64,000 bases of DNA from Elusimicrobia bacterium CG1_02_56_21 (GTDB taxonomy: Bacteria > Elusimicrobiota > Elusimicrobia > Elusimicrobiales > UBA9959): the NCBI GenBank assembly GCA_001871115.1, contig MNUR01000077.1:4589-68588 (forward strand), written 5' to 3'. Below, piece by piece: positions 45,276 to 53,541 of this stretch (the stretch's first letter is position 1; every line of letters starts with the position of its first letter). Position numbers and translations under genes: made by a program. Below the pieces are notes generated by a model. It was not told where the DNA came from. It saw only the letters and a program-made list of their open reading frames with translations, and did not search any database.

Positions 45276-46242
45276 CGCTTGATCTGTGCCGCAGGCCGCC
45301 GGGCCCGCGCTTCAGTTTCTTTACCGGCTTAAGCTCTCTGTCGCCGTAATTCTTCAGGTATTCCACCCAGATCCCCTCGCAGGCGGAATAGAGGAGGCAG
45401 CCGCGGCAGCGCGCCGTTTTCCTGCGGCCGAGCGCCGCGCGCGAACCGATAGCGTCCGTGTTTACAAAATCCGGGGCCCAGTGCTCGGTCAGGAAAAGGG
45501 TTTTCTCGTTTATCTCGCTTATCTGCTCGAGGCAGCCGGTGAAATGGCAGAGGGGGACGTACCTCGCCTTCCACTGGTCCATTCCGGAGCGCAGCCCTAT
45601 TTCCAGCGCCCGCCGCATGAAAGGCGCGGCTTTGGAGATGCGCGGGACCAGGACCTGAAAATTATTTTTAGCGCCGCCGTAATTAGGGTCTACGAAGATA
45701 TACTCTACATTCCTTATTTTATTGCGGACGTAAAAAGCGGCGAGCCGCGGCAGCGCGGACATATTCTGCTTTACCACGGTGGTGTTGCCGTTGATCCGCT
45801 TAAAGCCCAGTGCCTTAAGGTTTGCGAGCCCCTTTTTAAGCTGGCTGAAACTGCCGGAAGCCCGGGTAAGCGCGTCATGCACCCGCGCGCCGGGCCCGTG
45901 CACCGAGAAGATCAGGGAATCTATCCCGGAAGCCACTATTTTTTTAGCAGCCGCCATGTCCGCAAATACCCGGCCGTTCGTAGCGCAGGCCACCTCGGCT
46001 ATGCCCAGCTTTTTGGCGGCCTTTACCACCCGGCTGAAATCAGGGCGTATAGTGGCTTCCCCGCCTATTATCTCCAGTATATCGGCGCCTTTATTTTTAG
46101 CCTGCAGAACCTCGCGCAGAAGCTCAGCCGTGCTTTTCTCCGGCAGGCCGCGCTTGTCCGAGTCTATGCAGAAAGCGCAGTTATTGTTGCAGGCGTAGCC
46201 GGTAAATATGACTATCTTGAGTTTTTTCCCGTTCTTTTTCAT
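45262..46242 (-). CDS. radical SAM enzyme, short auxiliary-cluster family (group 1b)
   Basis: CNNNCAFC, IGGEATIRPD, VHGPGARVHDAL, VPLC plus CRGCLLYSAC...ELKPVKK. Confidence 0.85.
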   Translation of the reverse strand: MKKNGKKLKIVIFTGYACNNNCAFCIDSDKRGLPEKSTAELLREVLQAKNKGADILEIIGGEATIRPDFSRVVKAAKKLGIAEVACATNGRVFADMAAAKKIVASGIDSLIFSVHGPGARVHDALTRASGSFSQLKKGLANLKALGFKRINGNTTVVKQNMSALPRLAAFYVRNKIRNVEYIFVDPNYGGAKNNFQVLVPRISKAAPFMRRALEIGLRSGMDQWKARYVPLCHFTGCLEQISEINEKTLFLTEHWAPDFVNTDAIGSRAALGRRKTARCRGCLLYSACEGIWVEYLKNYGDRELKPVKKLKRGPGGLRHRSSDDQT

Positions 46243-47390
46243 CGGAGCATCCCGGCCAGGTTGCGGTCCAGAACCAGCGAGAGCACGGCCCCGGCGAAGA
46301 TCCAGAGCGCGAAAGGCCTGCCCCGGACAACCTCCACCTTGGGATTATGCACTTTCAAGCTGTTCAGCCAGGTCCTCAGTTCGCCCACCTGCTCCTCGCT
46401 CAGACCGTCCTTGAAACAATCGTCGAACGCACCTTCAAAAGCCGTATTATCCTTGAGCATTTTCGAGGCTTTCGCGGACAGCACCATTCCCGGCTCGAGT
46501 TCGCGGGCCGTAACGTGATACATATCTTTCTTCTCCATCAAAAATTCAAGCATGAAGCGGCCGAAGAAAAGCAGCAGGCTGAATTTGAAGAAATTACTCA
46601 AAGCCCCCGAAGCCAGCAGCCAGAGATGTTCGGGGAAGAAAAAGAAACCGCCGACAAAATACACCGCGTAGCAGCCCGCGCTGAGATAGCCCCACCGCCG
46701 GCTGCTGAACGCCCCGCCGATCTTGTCCCACAGCATGAACATGAAGAAGAACAGGATATCCGCCCTGGAAAATATTTTCCCGAGGAATCCGCGGGCCTCC
46801 AAAGCCAGGACCTGGTGGAGCAGAAAAACAAAGCCTATATTCAAAGCCAGGGCCGCTACGGCCGCTTTATTCCTGCCGGCGCTCAGCACCGCCATCCGCT
46901 TTTTCATATCAGACCAGACCTCAGCGAAGAAGTCTGAAGGGGAAGCTGAGCTGAACCCGGAAGCGATAAAGCTCCCGAGTATCCACACCGCCGCGCTCAC
47001 GAATATATTTATCAGCAGGCTTAGAAAAAGATAGTGGGGAAAATTACGGAGGTAAGGATTGGCCAGGGGGAGCGAGGCCGAAACCAGCATAAAGAACTTG
47101 GCGTCCCCGGCAGGCCAGATCTCGGAATACCAGAGCACCAGCCCGGCCAGCACGGACCAGAACAGATGAATAGCCAGCAGGAGGTAGAAATTATAATTCA
47201 TGAAGCTCTGCGCGCGCCCCGTATAGCCAAGCGCGGTATACACCAGGAAAGCGGCCAGAGAGGCGGCGAACAGCCTCATCCCGGTCTTTATAGCGGCGTT
47301 AGGGATCTTCCTGGTGGCCAGGTCGCGGCTTACGACAGAGGCCGCCCAGACGGTGAAAGCGGCGAGGAACACAAGAGATACGGTTTTCAT
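46239..47390 (-). CDS. A24 (prepilin peptidase/TadV/FlaK-like) aspartic protease domain membrane protein with extra TM helices and C-terminal soluble domain
   Basis: Both catalytic Asp motifs are present: RDLATRKIPN near the N-terminus and WPAGDAKFFML. About 9-10 TM helices, 383 aa. ATGA overlaps on both sides. Confidence 0.8.
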   Translation of the reverse strand: MKTVSLVFLAAFTVWAASVVSRDLATRKIPNAAIKTGMRLFAASLAAFLVYTALGYTGRAQSFMNYNFYLLLAIHLFWSVLAGLVLWYSEIWPAGDAKFFMLVSASLPLANPYLRNFPHYLFLSLLINIFVSAAVWILGSFIASGFSSASPSDFFAEVWSDMKKRMAVLSAGRNKAAVAALALNIGFVFLLHQVLALEARGFLGKIFSRADILFFFMFMLWDKIGGAFSSRRWGYLSAGCYAVYFVGGFFFFPEHLWLLASGALSNFFKFSLLLFFGRFMLEFLMEKKDMYHVTARELEPGMVLSAKASKMLKDNTAFEGAFDDCFKDGLSEEQVGELRTWLNSLKVHNPKVEVVRGRPFALWIFAGAVLSLVLDRNLAGMLR

Positions 47391-48280
47391 TTTTTCACCG
47401 GCTTTAATTCCGAATCCCCGAAAGCCTTATAATACTCGAGCATCAGCCCGAGGCATTTTCTCCTGAGGCGGCAGCCGCGGCAGGCCGCGGGATAGATCCT
47501 GTCTTCAGGGGGCAGGGTGATCCGGGCCAGCGGCCTGAGTTCGGGCCTGAGTTGGCAGAGCGGGAAATGGTAAAGTCTGAAATCGGAAAACTTTTTTATC
47601 AGCGGGAGCGCGGCGCCCACCACCTTAGAGGAAACCGAGAATTTAAGCCCTACGGAGCTGTGATTTTCAAGCGACATCCCTTCTATCTCGTAATGTATGG
47701 CCGTGACGGTATAGCTCCCGGTGTCGGGGAACTTCTTAAGCAGGAACTCCAGGGTTTTAGGAAAAGCCGCCAGGTTTTTCTTATGCAGGACCAGGCGTAT
47801 CTCTACCCTTACGCCCCCGGCCATGGAGAAAAGATTCTCCAGGCCGCGCACTGTCTGGCTAAAAGAGCCCCTCACCCCGGCCACGGGATCATGAACGCCA
47901 GCCGAAGGGCCGTGCACGGCTATAGCCACCGAAAACGGGGGCCTGGCCAGGCGGGCGAATTTACCGGCGAATTTCCTATCCGCGAAAAGGCGCCCGTTAG
48001 AAAGCAGCGTTATAGGAATCCCGGGCATCCGGCGGCGGAAATAAGCTACCAGCTGGAAAAAATCGGGGTGGATGGTAGGCTCCCCGCCCGTCAGGCTGAT
48101 AAACCCGGCCAGGCCGGAATTTTTAAGGTATACCTGCCCCTGGCCCTTGAGATAGCGCTCCAGCTTCTCTATCTGGCATTTAAGGCGGTACTGAGAAGAA
48201 TCCTGGCGCGCGAAAGACTCCATATTGGTGCACATGACACACTTGTTATTGCATTTATTCCAGAGGGCGATATCAGGCAT
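47387..48280 (-). CDS. radical SAM enzyme, short auxiliary-cluster family (group 1b)
   Basis: CNNKCVMC, LTGGEPTIHPD, VHGPSAGVHDPV, FPLC plus CRGCRLRRKC...ELKPVKK. Confidence 0.85.
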   Translation of the reverse strand: MPDIALWNKCNNKCVMCTNMESFARQDSSQYRLKCQIEKLERYLKGQGQVYLKNSGLAGFISLTGGEPTIHPDFFQLVAYFRRRMPGIPITLLSNGRLFADRKFAGKFARLARPPFSVAIAVHGPSAGVHDPVAGVRGSFSQTVRGLENLFSMAGGVRVEIRLVLHKKNLAAFPKTLEFLLKKFPDTGSYTVTAIHYEIEGMSLENHSSVGLKFSVSSKVVGAALPLIKKFSDFRLYHFPLCQLRPELRPLARITLPPEDRIYPAACRGCRLRRKCLGLMLEYYKAFGDSELKPVKK

Positions 48281-48283
48281 GGC

Positions 48284-49723
48284 TCAGCTTTCGCCTCCCT
48301 TTTCCAGCCAGGCTTCGATTATTTCTCTGGTCTTCTTTTTTTCAAGCAGAGAGAAAACGGCCTTGAACATCCCTTTTTGCAGCGCGCACCAGGAACCGTT
48401 CCTGATATTCCCCCACGGAGAACCCTGCACGGAGTAATTATGCACCGGGCAGACCCCGCAGAAAGGCTTAAAAGCGCAGCGCGCGCAGTAAGGCTGGTTC
48501 TCAAGGCAGGAAGCCATTGCGCAGACCCTGGCTGCCGGGGCGGTAATAAGCTCCCTGAACTTCTCTTTACGCACATTCCCCAGCCGGAAAAAATCGTCAC
48601 CGCAGGCGGCTACCATCCGGCCCTCGTCGCAGGTATAGACGTCCCCGTTGAAATTATAGGCCAGCTGCCCTATGCCCGCGCCGCAGGGCGAGCGCAGGTC
48701 GAGAAAATTGGGGTCCTCCGCGCGCAGTATCTTGCGCGCCAGCAGCGCCGCGTTGCGTTCAATGAACTTCTCTCCCCGCCCGTTGACTTTCATTATGTAG
48801 TCTAGGCAGGAGGAGTAAAAACCCAGAAAATCGTTAGGGCCATAACCGATATCGGCCCACATCCCGCCGGCATAGCCTATCGGAGAAAGCGGGCGCAGAA
48901 AAATCCCTCCCAGGCCCAGCGCCCGGTACTCGTCCACTATGCCCCGGGGATCTTTCAGCGAAAGCCTGGTAGTGGTCATAAGGGCAGAAGGCAGGGCGTC
49001 GGCCCGGCCGTCTTTGGCCGCGGCTGCGGAAAACCGTTTTAGCCAGTACACCGCTTTACAATGAGAAGAACCGCCGGACCACTTCCGGTTGGCGTCGTGC
49101 AGCCCGGCCGGACCGTCGAGAGAAGTGCAGACGGACACTTCTTCTCTGACCAAAAACCTGAATTTAGCCTCGTCCATCAGGCTCAGATTGGTAACTACCG
49201 AGAGCGCCAGGTCTTTTCCTTTCTTTAAATTTATCTTTTTAGCGTAGAGGACAGTCTCAACAAGCACCGGCCAATTAAGCAGGGCTTCCCCGCCCTGGAA
49301 CTCAATGGATATTTTTTTATTGGGGGAGGAAAAAGCCGCGTCTACGGACCTGGCGGCGGTAGCGCGGCTCATGTCGGTATTTTTTCCGCAGCCGCCTGGA
49401 GTCGCCCGGCAGTATACGCAGGCGTGGTTGCATTTCAGCGTAAGCACCAGTATATGCAGGCCCGGCCCCTCGTAAACACCGGCTGCAAGGCCCCTGGCGC
49501 GCTCCTCCGCCCCTTCGAAATCCAGCCGCGCGCGCAGCAGCCCGGCCGCCTCAAGCCTGCGGAAAAGCCCCGACTTTTTCTTGACCTTGCCTGCCCTGAA
49601 AAGCCGGAACTCCGGGCCGGTAAGCCTTAGGGCGGCCCCGAACGGGCTGCTCACTATATAGCCCGTCCCGTCGCTCTCAAAGCAGAAATCAAAAGGGGCT
49701 GAAATATTTTCCGTAGCTTTCAT
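48284..49723 (-). CDS. radical SAM/SPASM enzyme, anSME-like with about 100-aa N-terminal extension (group 2)
   Basis: CNHACVYC, FQGGEALL, full SPASM (CGAGIGQLAYNFNGDVYTC ... CARCAFKPFCGVC). Start set to ATG 49723 (MKATEN), which overlaps the upstream stop as ATGA. Confidence 0.9.
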   Translation of the reverse strand: MKATENISAPFDFCFESDGTGYIVSSPFGAALRLTGPEFRLFRAGKVKKKSGLFRRLEAAGLLRARLDFEGAEERARGLAAGVYEGPGLHILVLTLKCNHACVYCRATPGGCGKNTDMSRATAARSVDAAFSSPNKKISIEFQGGEALLNWPVLVETVLYAKKINLKKGKDLALSVVTNLSLMDEAKFRFLVREEVSVCTSLDGPAGLHDANRKWSGGSSHCKAVYWLKRFSAAAAKDGRADALPSALMTTTRLSLKDPRGIVDEYRALGLGGIFLRPLSPIGYAGGMWADIGYGPNDFLGFYSSCLDYIMKVNGRGEKFIERNAALLARKILRAEDPNFLDLRSPCGAGIGQLAYNFNGDVYTCDEGRMVAACGDDFFRLGNVRKEKFRELITAPAARVCAMASCLENQPYCARCAFKPFCGVCPVHNYSVQGSPWGNIRNGSWCALQKGMFKAVFSLLEKKKTREIIEAWLEKGGES

Positions 49724-50448
49724 TTTATTCTCCGGCCGCACAGGCTGCGGCGCCTGCGGCCCCGGGCGACTTTAAAATCATTAACCTTAAGAAATTTCTG
49801 CCCGCCTACAGCGCCCCGCCCCAGCCGGACGGGGATTATTCTGCCCGCAAAAGCCGGGCTGCCGAGAACCAGGGTCTGAAGGTCGCTTCCATCTATAGTG
49901 CGGCCTGCGTTCTTTTCGGCAATGATATAGGCCAGAAATTCTTGACCCATCTCCCGTCCCAGCCAGCGCTTGTCAACTTTCTTCACCTCTACTCCGGTAA
50001 TAAGCGCGCGCACTCCCAATTTAAGGCAGAGCCTTACCGCGTAAACAAGATCGAAGCCTATAACCGGCGCGGACAGCCCGAACCCCGCCCGGGCCGCAGC
50101 TTTCCGCCAGGCGTCTATCTTGCCCCCGCAGCGGCAGCGGGCCACTCCCGTAACCAGCGTGTCGGCCCCGCAGGCTTCGCGGGCGGCGTCCGCCATCAGC
50201 CCAACGTTCCTCGACAGCGCCTTTACCCTGAACCCGGGCCCCGTCTTTACAATAACCGCCGGGATACCCAGCAGGCGCGCATGCGCCTCTATTATCTTTG
50301 TCTTCCTGGAGTCGTTAAAATATTCTATGTGCCGGGGGCCGCCGTCAAAACCCACGAGGCAGCCTATTTCCGCCCCGGCGGCAGCCGCTTCCAGCAGGGC
50401 CAGGTGACTGTCCTTGCCCCCGCTGTAAATGACGGCGCACTTTTTCAT
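49720..50448 (-). CDS. PP-loop ATP pyrophosphatase, MJ0570/Dph6 N-terminal domain family
   Basis: N-terminus MKKCAVIYSGGKDSHLALLEA carries the SGGKDS PP-loop; 242 aa. Confidence 0.85.
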   Translation of the reverse strand: MKKCAVIYSGGKDSHLALLEAAAAGAEIGCLVGFDGGPRHIEYFNDSRKTKIIEAHARLLGIPAVIVKTGPGFRVKALSRNVGLMADAAREACGADTLVTGVARCRCGGKIDAWRKAAARAGFGLSAPVIGFDLVYAVRLCLKLGVRALITGVEVKKVDKRWLGREMGQEFLAYIIAEKNAGRTIDGSDLQTLVLGSPAFAGRIIPVRLGRGAVGGQKFLKVNDFKVARGRRRRSLCGRRIK

Positions 50449-51361
50449 TTGCGCCCCGCTTTCTTTTTTCCCGGGCAGGCTTGAACTCGCTCCAGCCGTA
50501 GAGCTCCGGGTACTCGCGCCAGGGGCCCTCGCAGACCTTGAACCATTTGCAGGAGCGGCATTCCGCGCGTTTTACCTTGCCTTCGTCGCGGCGGTAATCT
50601 CCATAGCTTTCGATATAAAGGTCCGCGTCTGAAACCGGCCCCTCGGGGATCACGCTCTCGGCCACGCATTTCTCGTAACCTTTCATAAGGCAGTACGGAA
50701 TGGCCTCCGTAAAGCAGGGGATGTCTTTACTAATGCCGCAGTCCAGAGCCCGGTGCAGATACGGGACTATGTCGGTTTTCCTGGGAGTCAGCCATTTCCG
50801 GTTCTCCCAGGCCGATCCCACCAGGTGCACAAAAGCGAACTGGAACTGGTCTACCTTGAGATAAGCCAGGAGCTTGGCCAGCTCGGGCAGGTCTTTGTAA
50901 TTGACGGAAGTGATGACCGAATTGGTCAAAACGAACATCCCGAGTTTTTTGCAGTTCAATATTCCCTGCACCACTTCTTTAAAGCTGCCTTTGGCACCTG
51001 TAAGCTTCTCGTGAATTTCCGGCCTGGAGCCGTGCATGGACGGCCCCATCTCGGTAACGCCTGCTTTTTTCAGCTCGGCGCAGTAATCGTAATAGGCGAA
51101 GCGGCGGCCGTTGGTCTGCACCTGAACGCTTTCATAACCCATCTTGCGCGCGGCGCGTACCGCAGCCGGCAGGCCGGGGTGGAGAGTTGGTTCGCCGCCG
51201 GTAAAAACCACGGCGCTGACTCCGGTTTTCCTGGCCCGGGCCAGGTCGGACTTTATCTCGGCCAGGCTTTTACGGGCCGCAAGAGAGCGCTTCGCGCCCT
51301 GGGCGCAGAAGTCGCACATATTATTGCAGTTGAAGCCTATTTTTATGTCGATGCGTTTCAT
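50345..51361 (-). CDS. radical SAM enzyme, short auxiliary-cluster family (group 1b)
   Basis: CNNMCDFC, FTGGEPTLHP, IPYC plus CRSCKWFKVC...EFKP. The 3' end overlaps the next gene by 104 nt in another frame. Confidence 0.85.
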   Translation of the reverse strand: MKRIDIKIGFNCNNMCDFCAQGAKRSLAARKSLAEIKSDLARARKTGVSAVVFTGGEPTLHPGLPAAVRAARKMGYESVQVQTNGRRFAYYDYCAELKKAGVTEMGPSMHGSRPEIHEKLTGAKGSFKEVVQGILNCKKLGMFVLTNSVITSVNYKDLPELAKLLAYLKVDQFQFAFVHLVGSAWENRKWLTPRKTDIVPYLHRALDCGISKDIPCFTEAIPYCLMKGYEKCVAESVIPEGPVSDADLYIESYGDYRRDEGKVKRAECRSCKWFKVCEGPWREYPELYGWSEFKPAREKRKRGANEKVRRHLQRGQGQSPGPAGSGCRRGGNRLPRGF

Positions 51362-53541
51362 TTTACGGCCTTCAAGCCTTTTACTGCGAATTTTTCGGAA
51401 TAACCTTTAGCCGGCCCCGGGCACTTAAGGAGGAATTTGCACTTCAGGCACAGCTTGGGTTTCAGCGCCCCGGCCGCCCCGCCCGATTCTCTTGCGTCCC
51501 CGGACGCGCTTCCCTGCAGGTAGTCGGCGGACAGCTTCCAATGCGGGTAAAGAGCGCAGAGAGGAACCCTGAGGAACTTGACAGGCAGCCCGCTGCAGGC
51601 CGCCGCTTCGGCCAGCGGGCGCAAAGCCGCATAATCAGAGACTATATTCCCGGTTCCTTCAGGGAAAGCCAGGATAATGCTGCCGGCCCCGGCTTTCACA
51701 AAACTCCCAGCCGCGCCAAGCAGCCCGGCCGGGACGGGCTTTCGTATAACCCCCACCATGCAAACGGCAAGACCGGCAGCTGAAGCGCTCCTGACCTGCG
51801 CAAGGTCAGCAGGGCGCGCGCTTTCCGCTTTGAACATAAAATTATCCGCCCCGGCCGACCTGAGCGCGGAGAAATATCCCGCGTCGCGCGGCAATGCCGA
51901 GAGCAGCGAAACTTTTTTAAAACCGGCCTTCGCGGCGCAGCGCACGGCGCCCAGCTCCAGGCTGCCGGGACCGCCCGGCCGTCCGCAGATTATCAGGGCC
52001 TCAGAGCGGCCGGAATTGGCGGCGGTTAAAAGTGCCAGAGCAATTTCCCGGGAGGTCAGTTCCGGACCGGATTGAGGCGCCCCGTAAAGAAGGCTTTCTA
52101 CCCCGCCGGCAAGGCACAGCTCGAACTCGCCCGCCGCAGTTTTATTAAAGTCCGGGGGCGCAAGAACCGCCGCCGAAGACCTGGCGGGGGAAACTTTCCC
52201 GTAGATCTCTTCCAGGCGCCTTACCACGCCGGGAGAATAAAACTCGCGGCGCAATTCGCAGGTGGCGCGCTCCCTGTCTTTCACCTGCAGGGACCTGCCG
52301 GAGACCGACAGGACTCCGGAACTCAGCAGCCTTTTTATCTTACCGGGAAAAGCGGCCCCCGGGCCTACACCAAAGCGGCGCCGGAAAGTCTGCTTATCCA
52401 CCTGTCCGCGGTGCAGCGCGTCCAGTATCACAAAATTCGCCATCTCGTCTTTTTGGCTCAGCAGGGCGCCGGCTTCCGTAGGCAGCCTGCCTGCCGAGAG
52501 TTCGGACTCATAAAGCCTCTCGTCCGGAACATTGCGGTACCTGATCCCGTTCATCGCATAGGACACGGAGCTGGGACCCAGCCCGAGTATGGAATAAGAA
52601 CCTTCTTCCCCCTGGTCGTAACTGTAGGGCCACCAGTCGCCTTTGCGCTTATACACCCAGTGACCGCAGCGCATTTTATAGCCCTTGTCGAAAAGAATAT
52701 CCATCCCGCGGCGGCGCCAGGCCCTGGCGTCTTCCAGCGCATTTCCCTCCAGGGAACCGCCTTTGCCCCCGGCAGTGGTGCGGTACTTGGGCTGGAAATC
52801 AAAAAGATAAACTCTTTCCACGTCCAGGGCGGCAGTCGTCCTGACGTCTTTGAGAAAACTTTTTTCCGTCTGACCCGGCAGGCCGGTAATAAGGTCAACC
52901 TCTACCTGCAGGATACCGGCTTTCTTCGCCTGCTTTATAACCTCTATGGTCCGAGCCGGGTCCTGACGCCTCCCGAGAGCTTTCAGCAGCAGCGGATCGA
53001 AACTCTGCACTCCTATAGCCAGCCACTCCACTCCCGCAGCTTTGAGATAAGCCAGCTTAAGCGCGTCGAGCGTATTGGGGCTGGCCTCAAAAGCTATCCT
53101 GGTCTTCGGGGTTATTTTAAAATATGCGCGCAGTATTCCGAAAAGCCTTTCCAGCTGCGGGATGGTCAGCAGGCTGGGAGTCCCCCCTCCTATGCAAAGA
53201 AACCGCAGCGGCCGCCCTTTAAAGAGCGGGCCCATTATCGCTGTTTCCTTCTCGAGGGCGTCGAGGTAGCGGTCCACGGCCCCGGGAGCCGAATGGATCT
53301 TATAGAAGCCGCAAAAACGGCACAGCGTCTCGCAGAATGGGACATGGACATAGACCACGGGCCGGCGCCCGCCGTCCGACTTAAGCGAGCGCACCCAGGC
53401 GGCCTTTGTCTTATCAGCACTGCTCAGCCGGGGCCAGGCGGCCATAGGCGGATAATTAGGCGGGGCCTCAGGCAGGGAGTCCCTGTCGACGCAGGCCAGC
53501 AGCCTTTCAAAAGATATAGTCGTCCGTTCTTTTTCCATCAT
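51358..53541 (-). CDS. HemN-like (class C) radical SAM enzyme fused to a degenerate copy of the short rSAM paralog domain
   Basis: N-terminal VHVPFCETLCRFCGFYK and IGGGTPSLL (HemN family). The C-terminal ~280 aa lack CxxxCxxC but keep VPLC plus CLKCKFLLKCPGPAKGY, as in the paralogs. 727 aa. Confidence 0.85.
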   Translation of the reverse strand: MMEKERTTISFERLLACVDRDSLPEAPPNYPPMAAWPRLSSADKTKAAWVRSLKSDGGRRPVVYVHVPFCETLCRFCGFYKIHSAPGAVDRYLDALEKETAIMGPLFKGRPLRFLCIGGGTPSLLTIPQLERLFGILRAYFKITPKTRIAFEASPNTLDALKLAYLKAAGVEWLAIGVQSFDPLLLKALGRRQDPARTIEVIKQAKKAGILQVEVDLITGLPGQTEKSFLKDVRTTAALDVERVYLFDFQPKYRTTAGGKGGSLEGNALEDARAWRRRGMDILFDKGYKMRCGHWVYKRKGDWWPYSYDQGEEGSYSILGLGPSSVSYAMNGIRYRNVPDERLYESELSAGRLPTEAGALLSQKDEMANFVILDALHRGQVDKQTFRRRFGVGPGAAFPGKIKRLLSSGVLSVSGRSLQVKDRERATCELRREFYSPGVVRRLEEIYGKVSPARSSAAVLAPPDFNKTAAGEFELCLAGGVESLLYGAPQSGPELTSREIALALLTAANSGRSEALIICGRPGGPGSLELGAVRCAAKAGFKKVSLLSALPRDAGYFSALRSAGADNFMFKAESARPADLAQVRSASAAGLAVCMVGVIRKPVPAGLLGAAGSFVKAGAGSIILAFPEGTGNIVSDYAALRPLAEAAACSGLPVKFLRVPLCALYPHWKLSADYLQGSASGDARESGGAAGALKPKLCLKCKFLLKCPGPAKGYSEKFAVKGLKAVK

